A stretch of DNA of 64,000 nt from an uncultured Clostridium sp. (GTDB taxonomy: Bacteria; Bacillota; Clostridia; Lachnospirales; Lachnospiraceae), in the NCBI GenBank assembly GCA_947178445.1, contig CAMWYJ010000002.1:96479-160478 (forward strand), written 5' to 3'. Of this stretch, positions 54,171 to 63,940 are shown piece by piece. Numbering within the stretch: position 1 is the stretch's first letter; each line of letters opens with the position of its first letter. The translations under genes were made by a program, and so were the position numbers. The notes beneath the pieces are model-generated. The model ran no database searches, had not been told where the DNA came from, and saw nothing but the letters and a program-made list of their open reading frames with translations.

Positions 54171-56255
54171 TTACACTGGATTAAGAACTGTTTCCAACAA
54201 ATCATTCTCCATTAAAATATCAATAATAGAAATCAACTCTTCTGTTGATACACCAATGATATCACTAATTTTGATCAAATCATTTTTTCCATCTGCATAA
54301 GTTAAAAAATTCGTCATATTCCGTGTTGAGGAAGCACTACCCTTCTGGCTTAAAGTAGAATATAAACCTCTCTTTCCTAGCTGAGGTTCACAATAACACT
54401 TTACTTTATAATGATAATTGTACTCTAATGTTTGAATGCATTTTTTCATTAATATAAACGCACCTTCCAGCCCTTCTTCTGAAATTAAATCCAGATTATC
54501 TTCAGAAGTATGGTATTCCGGATACTCCCCGTATTTTGAACGACAAACTGCGCAAACAGGCAGGTCAATACCTGGCGCATTAAATTGTCTTTCATCTGAA
54601 CCTCTCTGCAGAAAACTATATTTTTTATAATTTGGATAATGATATGACAATACATTCTGTAATAATCTATCCGTTAATGTATTTGCATATTTACTTTCTA
54701 CATAAGAATATTCCCGATTATCACCTACGCAGGATAATACAAAGCCCGCAATAACCTTTTCTTTCAAATTTTGATTCTCATAATTTTTACTCAACCAGGC
54801 AATTGATCCAATTGTCTCTGGTACAAAAATAAACCGATAACTGTATCTACGATGCTTTAATCCTGCAATATACTTGGCAAGAAAAGTTGCTACGGCAGGA
54901 CCTGAACATTCATTATTAGCCATAGATGGGTGACACAAATATGTAGAAATCAAGATTTCCTCTTTTAATTCTCCTGGAAAATATGCTTCACCATAGCTCA
55001 AAGAACCATTGTCTTTAAAATCGCTTTTTATCACTAAATGATATTTTCCTTCTTCCAATGAATCAAATTGTCTTTTACTCATGCAGAATCCTGATCGTGT
55101 TTCATAATAAGATGTCACATACGGAATGGCATCTGGCTGCTCTTCCTGCACATATACATATTTATCCAGTTCCTTCAAATCTACCCACATATCTATTGGT
55201 GCCGAGTACCCTACCACATGTAAATTATTTTTTTTAAAATCTACTATTTTTTCTCCTTTTTCATTCTCAATATAAGCCTTCTCTATATTCCATTCATCAG
55301 GCACTTCCCAATCATACACCTTTGTTCCTGATTTTATTTCAAACAACTCTAACTGGGATAAATATGATTTTACAATCTGTAATCGATTCCTTAATCCCTC
55401 ACCAGTAATACTACTGCATAACGTATACAGCTCTTTCGCCATTCCATACATTAATGTACCTACTGACAGTGAATTGCCCTGTCCGATATGAGTGCAGACC
55501 TTTCTAGCCATATTACTTAAAATATCTTCTTTTATAATTGGATAGGTTTTAGCAAAATCAATCTTAGCAAACTTCAAACCATTAATATATATATTATCTT
55601 GTGCTCCCTTTTTTATAAAGTCATCCTCGAAAAAATCGACTTCTTCAATGACTTCATACCAATAAGAACGCACAAGCATAGAATAAACTCTTTTATCAGT
55701 ATTTCCAAATTCATCCGTATAATCTGCTCTAAAATTTTTCATATATCTATATGGTACATTTTTCATCAACTGCTCTTCCACAAAATGAACAAATGTAAAA
55801 GAATGTTTGAATTCTACATTAATAATTATATTTGTAACATGATTCTCCAAAAAATAGGCAAATGGCGAATCATGACCAAATGCACTCTTATTATCCATCC
55901 CACACAATAATTCCTGATCTCGTCCCCACACCGCAAATGAATATATAGGATGTTTCGTCCTCTTAAAATCTGATCTTTCTAATGCAGTTTGAGATAATGC
56001 CCCAACTTGAGAAGAAGTATTCTTATAATCAAATGCCTCCCCCTTACACCAATCCCAATTATAAGTGGGAAAAATTACCGTACCTTCCTCTCCTACTGCA
56101 TCAATAAATGCATCTATCAAATCATTTAAATCAACGTTTTCTTCATGTTCTCTACATATTTTTACCAAAGATTTTACAGCAGAACTGACAAAAATCTTAT
56201 CACCTTTCTCTATGCCTAAAGATATTGGAATATCTTGTAATTTTATATAGTCCAT
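54171..56255 (-). CDS. Fusion protein: AAC(3)-like N-acetyltransferase domain plus DUF4910/M28 aminopeptidase-like domain
   Basis: The N-terminus (LGIEKGDKIFVSS..AVGEEGTVIFPTYNW) resembles the aminoglycoside N3-acetyltransferase fold. The C-terminal about 400 aa (..CHPSMANNECSGPAV..YRFIFVPETIGS..) resembles aminopeptidase-like DUF4910 proteins, from memory. Confidence 0.55.
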   Translation of the reverse strand: MDYIKLQDIPISLGIEKGDKIFVSSAVKSLVKICREHEENVDLNDLIDAFIDAVGEEGTVIFPTYNWDWCKGEAFDYKNTSSQVGALSQTALERSDFKRTKHPIYSFAVWGRDQELLCGMDNKSAFGHDSPFAYFLENHVTNIIINVEFKHSFTFVHFVEEQLMKNVPYRYMKNFRADYTDEFGNTDKRVYSMLVRSYWYEVIEEVDFFEDDFIKKGAQDNIYINGLKFAKIDFAKTYPIIKEDILSNMARKVCTHIGQGNSLSVGTLMYGMAKELYTLCSSITGEGLRNRLQIVKSYLSQLELFEIKSGTKVYDWEVPDEWNIEKAYIENEKGEKIVDFKKNNLHVVGYSAPIDMWVDLKELDKYVYVQEEQPDAIPYVTSYYETRSGFCMSKRQFDSLEEGKYHLVIKSDFKDNGSLSYGEAYFPGELKEEILISTYLCHPSMANNECSGPAVATFLAKYIAGLKHRRYSYRFIFVPETIGSIAWLSKNYENQNLKEKVIAGFVLSCVGDNREYSYVESKYANTLTDRLLQNVLSYHYPNYKKYSFLQRGSDERQFNAPGIDLPVCAVCRSKYGEYPEYHTSEDNLDLISEEGLEGAFILMKKCIQTLEYNYHYKVKCYCEPQLGKRGLYSTLSQKGSASSTRNMTNFLTYADGKNDLIKISDIIGVSTEELISIIDILMENDLLETVLNPV

Positions 56256-56273
56256 AACTTAATATCCCCTTGT

Positions 56274-56687
56274 CTAATTTATATTTTTACTTAAATTCGG
56301 TAATTTAACCAAAGCTTCTCCCTCGATTACCTTAACCCCTTGTCCATTGAACACATCTGTACGCAATTTCGCTTTTCCCTTTTCTAAAAATTCAATAATT
56401 TCTATTTGGAATTCAACTTCTTCATTCACATATACTGGACTTGAAAATTTTAAATTTTGTCCCATATATATAGTCCCTTCCCCAGGAAACTGTGTTCCCA
56501 AAATTGCAGATATTAGAGATGCACTTATCATTCCATGTGCTATACATTTTCCAAACGGTCCCGATTTTGCAACATTTTCATTCAAATGAAGAGGATTATT
56601 ATCTCCTGAAATTCTTGCAAAATCTTCCACCAATTCCTTAGATATCAATTTTTTAACTCGTATCATATCGCCCAAAGAATACTCCAT
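56274..56687 (-). CDS. MaoC-like (R)-specific hydratase/dehydratase (hot-dog fold)
   Basis: FARISGDNNPLHLN and AHGM motifs; 137 aa. Confidence 0.75.
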   Translation of the reverse strand: MEYSLGDMIRVKKLISKELVEDFARISGDNNPLHLNENVAKSGPFGKCIAHGMISASLISAILGTQFPGEGTIYMGQNLKFSSPVYVNEEVEFQIEIIEFLEKGKAKLRTDVFNGQGVKVIEGEALVKLPNLSKNIN

Positions 56688-56739
56688 TTACCTCATACAC
56701 TCCTATGGTAACATTCCCATCGTAACAAATGGATCTCTG

Positions 56740-57723
56740 TTACATCTCTGTAATCTTTTTCTTTAACTCATCTACTGTAAGCCACTCCTTGTTCGTTCCT
56801 GAACTATATTCAAATCCCTGTTCCACCAATTTGCCTCCAGAAATAATCTCCTTGTCCCACCATTCAAAATGAGGATAGATAATAAAATGTTCTTCATACT
56901 CATATGTCGTCATAGAATCCTCTCTAGTAACCATGACTTCGTGCAATTTTTCACCTTCTCTAATACCAACTTCGGGCATACTGCAGCCCGGCAGCATCGC
57001 TTGAGCTAAATCCGTAATTTTAAAGGATGGTATCTTAGAAATAAAGGTTTCTCCACCCTTTGCATCCTGCAACGCTTTAATTACCAATTCCACCCCTTGT
57101 TCCAAATCAATCCAGAATCTTGTCATTCGATAATCGGTAATCGGCAATTCTGTTCCTCCATTATCAATAATATTTTTAAAAAATGGAATAACAGAACCAC
57201 GGCTGCCTGCAACATTACCATATCGGACAACCGAAAAATTCAAATCCCTGTTTCCTGTATAAGCATTAGCAGCAATAAATAATTTATCCGATACCAGTTT
57301 CGTACCACCATATAAATTAATGGGATTCACTGCCTTGTCCGTAGAAAGTGCCACTACTCTTTGAACCGAATCTGAATCAAGCACTGCATCTACAACATTC
57401 ATGGCACCATTAATATTGGTTTTGACCGCCTCAATCGGATTATATTCGCATGCAGGAACCTGCTTCATCGCTGCCGCATGGATTACATAATCTACTCCCT
57501 TTAACGCCCTTTTTAGTCGATCTTTATCACGCACATCGCCAATAAAAAATCTTAGAATATCTTTATATTCTTTGTACTTGTTTGCCATAACAAACTGTTT
57601 GTATTCATCTCTAGAATAGATTATAATTTTTCTAGGTGTATAATTTTTTAATACATATTCTACAAAATGATTGCCAAAAGAACCAGTTCCACCCGTAATT
57701 AATATTGCTTTTCCGTTTAGCAT
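56740..57723 (-). CDS. pseB: UDP-N-acetylglucosamine 4,6-dehydratase (inverting)
   Basis: ILITGGTGSFG, IIIYSRDEYKQ, HAAAMKQVP, YGGTKLVSDKLF and VRYGNVAGSRGSVIPFF closely follow the FlaA1/PseB pattern. Confidence 0.9.
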   Translation of the reverse strand: MLNGKAILITGGTGSFGNHFVEYVLKNYTPRKIIIYSRDEYKQFVMANKYKEYKDILRFFIGDVRDKDRLKRALKGVDYVIHAAAMKQVPACEYNPIEAVKTNINGAMNVVDAVLDSDSVQRVVALSTDKAVNPINLYGGTKLVSDKLFIAANAYTGNRDLNFSVVRYGNVAGSRGSVIPFFKNIIDNGGTELPITDYRMTRFWIDLEQGVELVIKALQDAKGGETFISKIPSFKITDLAQAMLPGCSMPEVGIREGEKLHEVMVTREDSMTTYEYEEHFIIYPHFEWWDKEIISGGKLVEQGFEYSSGTNKEWLTVDELKKKITEM

Positions 57724-58183
57724 GACATATCCTCCATTATTCTTATCTGTTCCAAGTACTCCATATAAACACTCAAAATTTCCCTAATGTAATAATTTTT
57801 CCATTTTTCTTACGCATTAGGAATAAAACACACAACAGGTTCTGCTTCCCGAAAAAAAGCAGATATTTTATAACTTCTTTTATTCGATCGACATCATGCA
57901 ATTGCTTTAGAATAGTTAACTATGTAAACTTTTACATTGTTCCATATATTTATTCCATTAATTTAATATCAAAAAAACTTGGTTCAGCTTCAACTTTAAA
58001 AAAATTTTCTTCAAAACACCTAAGTTACACATATCTATTAAGTATACAACAAATACTCTTCAAAATCAATAATCTGTATACCGCCTCTATCATCCAGTAT
58101 ATCCATAAATATACAATCTCTTGTATTTTCTATCTATACTACTTATCCCACTCTGAACCAATCTATAATGTCTTCAATTTTAA

Positions 58184-60076
58184 TTAAAAGCCTCTCGCCT
58201 TAAGAATTCTTTTTACATTTTTATAAACTGCAGGTTCATTTTGGGCAATTATTCCCACTATCTCTTCAACTCCCGGCATTTCACAAATCTCTTTTACAGA
58301 TAAACCAATCCACTTCGTCTGATCACATTCAGTAAATGGTGTTCTTATATCATAATGTCTAAGAAAATAATATGCCATATATGCATTTTCTATATTCTGA
58401 CATATTGCAGACTGTGAATGTTGCAAATAATATTGAATTTTATCAAAGTAATCCTGTTTGCTATGTGCTTTATATGCAATATCAATATCATCATAATACA
58501 CATTTGTATGCAGGATTACATTTTTCCCCATAAGAACCGATTCAATACCGGTTGTAGATGTATATGGTAAAACTAATTTGCATGCTTCGATATATTGATA
58601 AGTATTTACTTTAGCAGCTGCATCAGCAAAGAAAATTCTTTCTGGATATTGTAATAATATTGGTAGTTCTTTATCACATCTGGCATATAAAAATTCTCGA
58701 TCTCCATATTGTGCCGGATGTTCCCTTACCATAACAGTTGCATTTGTATTTTTCATAAGAAACTCTAACGTCTCTTTTAGCCATTCTATCTCATTTTCAA
58801 ATAAATTATTTCGACCTAGTGCTGCAGAATCCCAGAATATATTAAGCGGAATCACTACATCATATGGTCTCTCAATTTCCCCTCCTTTTACTATTTGAAA
58901 ATTGTAACCAACATTACCTTTAACACTATCTCTACGCTGATTAAAATCTTCTTTAGCCAACGTGGCAATATCTTTTCTCTCCTGCTCTGTAAAAGCATTT
59001 TCATTAATAAGTGTAGCGATTTCCTGCCTATGTGTAGATACCCCTGTCGTTCCGTATATTGTTATACCAATCTTATCACCATCATAAGTAGATACTCGCA
59101 TTCCCATTTTTTTTCCGAGATATGTATATACACACCGATGTCTATGTATCCCCGTATAGACATTAATTGTGTCATATGCACTGTTTTCTAAAAAGTATTT
59201 AATATGCCTCATTGTTTCATTTAAAAGATTTTCTGCGATTAAAATCCTATTTGCTTCTCTCGGTAAAAAAACTTCATCTCTACGAGAATTTAACCATTTT
59301 ACAACAATTGGTGCAAATTTATGAGACATTGCCAAATCCTCATCATCCAAATCCGTGCACTTTTCCTCATCAATATATGCAACACCTATATCTGGACATT
59401 TTTCCTGTAAAATATTTACAATGTAGTCTATATATATTTTTGCAACAGCTTCGACTCCCTCAAAATAGATATAACTATCAAAGCTCTTTAACGTATCAAT
59501 AATTAATGTAGATTGGTATCCATTATACCGCAAAACTAAACTTTGAGCCATCGCATACCATGTTATATGTTGGACCATTTCTCCTAGACATACAATACCA
59601 ATTTTTTTTCCTTCTTTAACAGGAATATTAGAAAAATATCCATCGGGTATCCGCTCCAGAAAATCTATAAAATCATATGCATCTTTTTCGAACTTTTTAA
59701 TCCGAAAATATGCAACAAATTCATTATATATATCATAATAGTCAGCCTCATCAATCCCATATTCCTGTAACTGTTCTCTAATAGCCATTACATGCTTACT
59801 CAAAATCAAAACAATGTAACTTCCTTTTTTCATTTCTTTTAAAATTTGTGGTGAACGAATTGGTTTTCCGTAAAGTTCTGTCCCTTGCTTTGCCTTGTTA
59901 TTATCCAAAAAACAAAGAACCTCATACCGATATAGTAAACTTTCCATCAAAATCTCTGCTGCAGTTCCACCACCAAAACAGATCAAATCTTTTCCTTTAT
60001 TTTTCTCAATGATCGATTCAATATATTCCATATTGATATGTTGCTTTGCATCATAAATTTCTTCTCTCATAAACAT
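58184..60076 (-). CDS. Large uncharacterised protein, possible GT-B-type (KpsS/sialyltransferase-like) glycosyltransferase
   Basis: 630 aa with a Rossmann-like N-terminus (LICFGGGTAAE..CFLDNN). The C-half has VIPLNIFWDSAAL, REHP and PYTSTTG motifs reminiscent of capsule/nonulosonate transferases. Assignment is weak. Confidence 0.4.
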   Translation of the reverse strand: MFMREEIYDAKQHINMEYIESIIEKNKGKDLICFGGGTAAEILMESLLYRYEVLCFLDNNKAKQGTELYGKPIRSPQILKEMKKGSYIVLILSKHVMAIREQLQEYGIDEADYYDIYNEFVAYFRIKKFEKDAYDFIDFLERIPDGYFSNIPVKEGKKIGIVCLGEMVQHITWYAMAQSLVLRYNGYQSTLIIDTLKSFDSYIYFEGVEAVAKIYIDYIVNILQEKCPDIGVAYIDEEKCTDLDDEDLAMSHKFAPIVVKWLNSRRDEVFLPREANRILIAENLLNETMRHIKYFLENSAYDTINVYTGIHRHRCVYTYLGKKMGMRVSTYDGDKIGITIYGTTGVSTHRQEIATLINENAFTEQERKDIATLAKEDFNQRRDSVKGNVGYNFQIVKGGEIERPYDVVIPLNIFWDSAALGRNNLFENEIEWLKETLEFLMKNTNATVMVREHPAQYGDREFLYARCDKELPILLQYPERIFFADAAAKVNTYQYIEACKLVLPYTSTTGIESVLMGKNVILHTNVYYDDIDIAYKAHSKQDYFDKIQYYLQHSQSAICQNIENAYMAYYFLRHYDIRTPFTECDQTKWIGLSVKEICEMPGVEEIVGIIAQNEPAVYKNVKRILKARGF

Positions 60077-60097
60077 AACTCCTATTCATCTTATATA

Positions 60098-61246
60098 TCA
60101 CTGTTTTTCAAGAATTGCCTGTACTACCGCTTTTGCCGCATTCCCCGTTTCCTTTGAACCAATTTCACAATGATAATCAATTAATTGTGCCTGGTATTTT
60201 TCCTCATCAAAAGAACAAATATGTTCAATTAACTCTTGTTCATTTTTACTTACACTATATGGCAACTCAAAATAATTAACATAAAAATCTCTTTCTATAC
60301 CATATGCTTCTATATCTTCTGCATATAAAAAAATGGGCTTTTTCATTATGGAAAACTCACTTATGACACTTGAATAATCTGAAATCAAAACATCCGCCCC
60401 TGCCAGCAACTCCTGCATGTCATCATATCCTGAAGCATTTAAAATTCTGTCATTATAAGATAATTCCTGCGATTTTTCCTCCATTGTTGGGTGCAGTCTT
60501 TTTAACATATACCATTCTCCACCAAATCGCTTTTTCAAAGCCTGCAAAATAGAAGCACCCTGTAATTGAATCTGATCTGTTTTCCTGCCCTTTCGATAAG
60601 TAGGTGCATATATTACAATCTTACTATCCTCAGGTAATTTAAAACTCTCTCGAATGATTGGAACATATTTTTCCCAACCCTGTACTAAAATATCATTTCT
60701 TGGTGCCCCACATTCTAAAATTTTCCCAGTATATAAGAAAGCACGTCTATATATCTCACTCCGCAGCGTTCCATTAGAAACCATAATGTCCACAATTTTA
60801 TTCATATGACGAGAGGTATGCTCATAGGGTTTATTATGAAAATTCGCTGGATTATCGGCACCAATCTTTTTAATAGGACCAGCCCCACCATGCCAGGTTT
60901 CAACAAAAAATTGTCCTTTACGCTTACGGTGATACCATAATTTCCGTTGATTGTCTACCCAAACGGCAGCTGTTGCTAACTCGTATATGGCTTCATTACT
61001 ATCCCACATTACCGTTCTTATACCTGCCGGAAATTCTTTCGTTTCTTTCTTTACAATCCATACAATATCCCACTGAGGATCCCTTCTCATTAACTCCAAA
61101 GCAATGTATTTGGGATTACATCCGAATCCATTACCATTATAATTGCAAAACACTGCTTTTTTCGGTTCAATTGGCATTCTACGATACCAATAATAATGTA
61201 AAGCAATTCTATATTCCTTCATTCGTTCACTCAATTTCATCATCAT
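60098..61246 (-). CDS. CDP-glycerol glycerophosphotransferase family protein (TagB/TagF-like)
   Basis: WHGG, YAPTYR and LISDYSSVISEF motifs. The start lies among ATGATGATG overlapping the upstream stop. Confidence 0.8.
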   Translation of the reverse strand: MMMKLSERMKEYRIALHYYWYRRMPIEPKKAVFCNYNGNGFGCNPKYIALELMRRDPQWDIVWIVKKETKEFPAGIRTVMWDSNEAIYELATAAVWVDNQRKLWYHRKRKGQFFVETWHGGAGPIKKIGADNPANFHNKPYEHTSRHMNKIVDIMVSNGTLRSEIYRRAFLYTGKILECGAPRNDILVQGWEKYVPIIRESFKLPEDSKIVIYAPTYRKGRKTDQIQLQGASILQALKKRFGGEWYMLKRLHPTMEEKSQELSYNDRILNASGYDDMQELLAGADVLISDYSSVISEFSIMKKPIFLYAEDIEAYGIERDFYVNYFELPYSVSKNEQELIEHICSFDEEKYQAQLIDYHCEIGSKETGNAAKAVVQAILEKQ

Positions 61247-61676
61247 TGACCTCTCTAACCGCATCCTTCTCTTTATCTTTTAAAAATGTTGAAGAAATCC
61301 CCTTTGTATATGTTAAATATACAACTTCTGCATTGTATTTTTTCAAATCAATCTGAGTCTGATTCCATCTTGAATCTCCCCGCCAATCATCACCAATAAA
61401 TATTGCTTCAAATTGAAACTGTTTCCATTGTTGCACTTTATCCAAACTATTTACAATTTCACATTGATCAACATAAATAATTGAACGAACAATTTCTGCA
61501 CGATCTTCCTCTTTTACAACCGTTTGTTTGTGTTTGTAATTTTGAACCAATTGATCTGAATTAACTCCAACAATTAAGTATTCACATTCTGCCTTTGCCT
61601 GTTTTAATAAATTTAAATGTCCAATATGAAACATATCAAACACACCTTGGGTATATCCAATTTTATATTTTTTCAT
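61227..61676 (-). CDS. Cytidylyltransferase-family protein (second TagD-like paralogue)
   Basis: GYTQGVFDMFHIGHLNLLKQAK (HxGH) and C-terminal ISST. 149 aa, with a C-terminal extension relative to its neighbour. Confidence 0.8.
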   Translation of the reverse strand: MKKYKIGYTQGVFDMFHIGHLNLLKQAKAECEYLIVGVNSDQLVQNYKHKQTVVKEEDRAEIVRSIIYVDQCEIVNSLDKVQQWKQFQFEAIFIGDDWRGDSRWNQTQIDLKKYNAEVVYLTYTKGISSTFLKDKEKDAVREVNDDEIE

Positions 61677-61684
61677 ATATCCTC

Positions 61685-62074
61685 CTACATCTTCAAATCA
61701 CTCTTAATCTTTGTCGTAGATATCTCCGGTGTTCTATCCAAATAAACCACTTCACAATAAGGCTTCAAAAAATCAAACTTCCCTTCCCAGTCATTTCCCA
61801 TGACAAATGTATCCACCTTAAATTCTTGAACATCCGATATTTTTTGTTCCCAGTTTTCCTCCGGTATCACCAAATCCACATATCGAATCGCTTCTAGCAA
61901 ACGCTTTCGTTCCTCATAGGAAAAGTATGTTACCTTTCCCTTCATCTCACTGTTAAATTCATCCGTAGACAACGCTACAATCAGATAATCGCCTAATGCC
62001 TTTGCACGCTGCAACAGATTGATGTGCCCATAATGTAATAAATCAAAGGTCCCGTATGTTATTATTTTTTTCAT
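61685..62074 (-). CDS. tagD: Glycerol-3-phosphate cytidylyltransferase
   Basis: MKKIITYGTFDLLHYGHINLLQRAKALGDYLIVALSTDEFN..RTPEISTT is near-canonical TagD; 129 aa. Confidence 0.88.
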   Translation of the reverse strand: MKKIITYGTFDLLHYGHINLLQRAKALGDYLIVALSTDEFNSEMKGKVTYFSYEERKRLLEAIRYVDLVIPEENWEQKISDVQEFKVDTFVMGNDWEGKFDFLKPYCEVVYLDRTPEISTTKIKSDLKM

Positions 62075-62088
62075 CTTCTGACTCCGTT

Positions 62089-63387
62089 CTAATTTTTAAT
62101 ATTTTGTATTTCTTCCACTAAATCCCTGCTGATGTATTTCTCAGTCATGTCATATAGCTTCTTTTGCAATACCCTTCTTGCTTCCTTATATTCATCTATA
62201 CCTTTTGTAATATCTAACAATGCCTGTTCCAACTCAGCCTGATTTCCTGCTTTTACACCTGGTGTATATTCCTCATAATCAAAATACATCTCCCTGGAAT
62301 CCTCCAGATAAGTCTCCAAATCATAATCAAAAAAAAGAATCGGTTTTTCTGCAAACAGATAGTCAAAATAAATCGACGAGTAATCCGTTATCAATGCATC
62401 CGATATTGGTATAAACACATACGGATCCGTGTCTGCGTCAATATTCACAATATTTCCCTTTTCAATTGCCAGAAACTGTTCCTTTAGCTTTGACTTTGGA
62501 TGCAGCTTTGTACAAAAAATCAAGTGGTTTTCCTGCAAAAAGCAGTTAAAGCTCTCCAAATCCATCTTATCAAAGAATTCTATTTCACTATTCCGAAATG
62601 TTGGCATATAATAAATCATTTTATTCTCTGTATCCTTGTCCAACAACTCCTGTATTCTGTCTAATGTACGTTGTTCTGTCTCCGTATAAAGATTCTCAAT
62701 ACATTCAAATGCAAAGCTGTCAATCCTTGGATATCCTGCTGTGGAAACATTTTTCGTTCGAAACGCCGAACCAAAAATCGGTTTCATAAATTCTGACGTG
62801 GCAAGTATATGATGAGATGGTTTCTCATCTGACAACCGCCTTGGAAAAGCTTTAAACGCCTCCCAGCCATTCTTAGGATGTCTCACTTGGTCAAATACAT
62901 TATCTGCCTGTATCTTTTTAAGGGGAACGCCATGCCACATATTAAATTTCACTGCCCCACCACTTAACCAGAAATGAATATCCTTTGAATAATTATCGAA
63001 CAGATACACCTTACCTCTCAATGCATACCAGATCCCCTTTAAGGAATGATAATCATACGCTTCATAACCATTCTCATTTAAAAAACTGACAATTCCCTTG
63101 TCATGACTAATCCATATCGGACGAATCCCTTTACAATTCTCATCCTCGGTAAAGGCATGTCCCGCCTTTTTCCAATCCGCTATACCAGTCTTTACCTGTT
63201 CGGATGCCCTGTCACTGTGCTGGCTTACATACAGATAAAGATATCTGGGATTATCCGCAAACCGCCGCCCAAAGGTGGAACCAAACAACCAGATATGCTT
63301 GTCTCTGGGAAATAAAAAAGATAACCAATAGATTGGCAAAAGCAGAAGCTGTCCCCAGTACTTCATCCCATTGATTATCTGTTTCAT
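62089..63387 (-). CDS. CDP-glycerol glycerophosphotransferase family protein (TagF-like)
   Basis: MWHG, YMPTFR and LITDYSSIYFDY motifs. First gene of the island (SD GGAGGAGGA before 63387). Confidence 0.8.
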   Translation of the reverse strand: MKQIINGMKYWGQLLLLPIYWLSFLFPRDKHIWLFGSTFGRRFADNPRYLYLYVSQHSDRASEQVKTGIADWKKAGHAFTEDENCKGIRPIWISHDKGIVSFLNENGYEAYDYHSLKGIWYALRGKVYLFDNYSKDIHFWLSGGAVKFNMWHGVPLKKIQADNVFDQVRHPKNGWEAFKAFPRRLSDEKPSHHILATSEFMKPIFGSAFRTKNVSTAGYPRIDSFAFECIENLYTETEQRTLDRIQELLDKDTENKMIYYMPTFRNSEIEFFDKMDLESFNCFLQENHLIFCTKLHPKSKLKEQFLAIEKGNIVNIDADTDPYVFIPISDALITDYSSIYFDYLFAEKPILFFDYDLETYLEDSREMYFDYEEYTPGVKAGNQAELEQALLDITKGIDEYKEARRVLQKKLYDMTEKYISRDLVEEIQNIKN

Positions 63388-63543
63388 GCTATATATCCTC
63401 CTCCGTGAGTCTTTGTAATATCATATTATTACACACTATAAAATGACATCTACATGTATTATATCGGTAGAATTGTTCTTTTTATTAATATTTCTGCCAT
63501 TTCGTCAAAGGCATTTCCTTCTATATGGAATTCTCACTATTCC

Positions 63544-63895
63544 TCATCGCCCTAGTTCATATATATCAGAAATTTCCTTGCCACTATTTAATTCTTCCAG
63601 TAGCGCTTTCCTCTCTTGCGCTTGATCCACATCATTTTGTAATTCGCTTGAAATAATTCCATTCATTATTTCCTCTTCCAAGCTTTGCAATAGTTCTGTG
63701 CCATACGGTATTGTAAAATTCAAAAAGAGCATTGTGTCCCGCTGCAAAATGTTTACCAGTGAACAGGAGGGGTTTATTCCCATCTATAAGTTTTTGGATT
63801 CCGAAAAAGTTTATAGCTATGAAGATTTGATTGTCTTTTGCCAGCAATATGGCATTGTTGGCAAGAGCCATGCAGTCAGATTTAGAAGATTTTGA
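63544..63895. pseudogene. Decayed coding remnant, strand ambiguous
   Basis: Two minus-strand ORFs in different frames join sensibly (..KHFAAGHNALFEF / TIPYGTELLQSLEEEIMNG..). A plus-strand ORF also overlaps. No family recognised. Confidence 0.3.
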
Positions 63896-63940
63896 ACATT
63901 ATTACCGAACACTGGGACATAAGATTGACGGCGGATAGTA

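Noticed and set aside
57724-58183. Invertible promoter (inverton) or terminator in the 460-bp gap upstream of pseB
   Set aside because: I found only a short CTGCTT/AAGCAG hairpin without a U-tract. There are no long flanking inverted repeats and no nearby recombinase. No confident -35/-10 pair could be assigned either.
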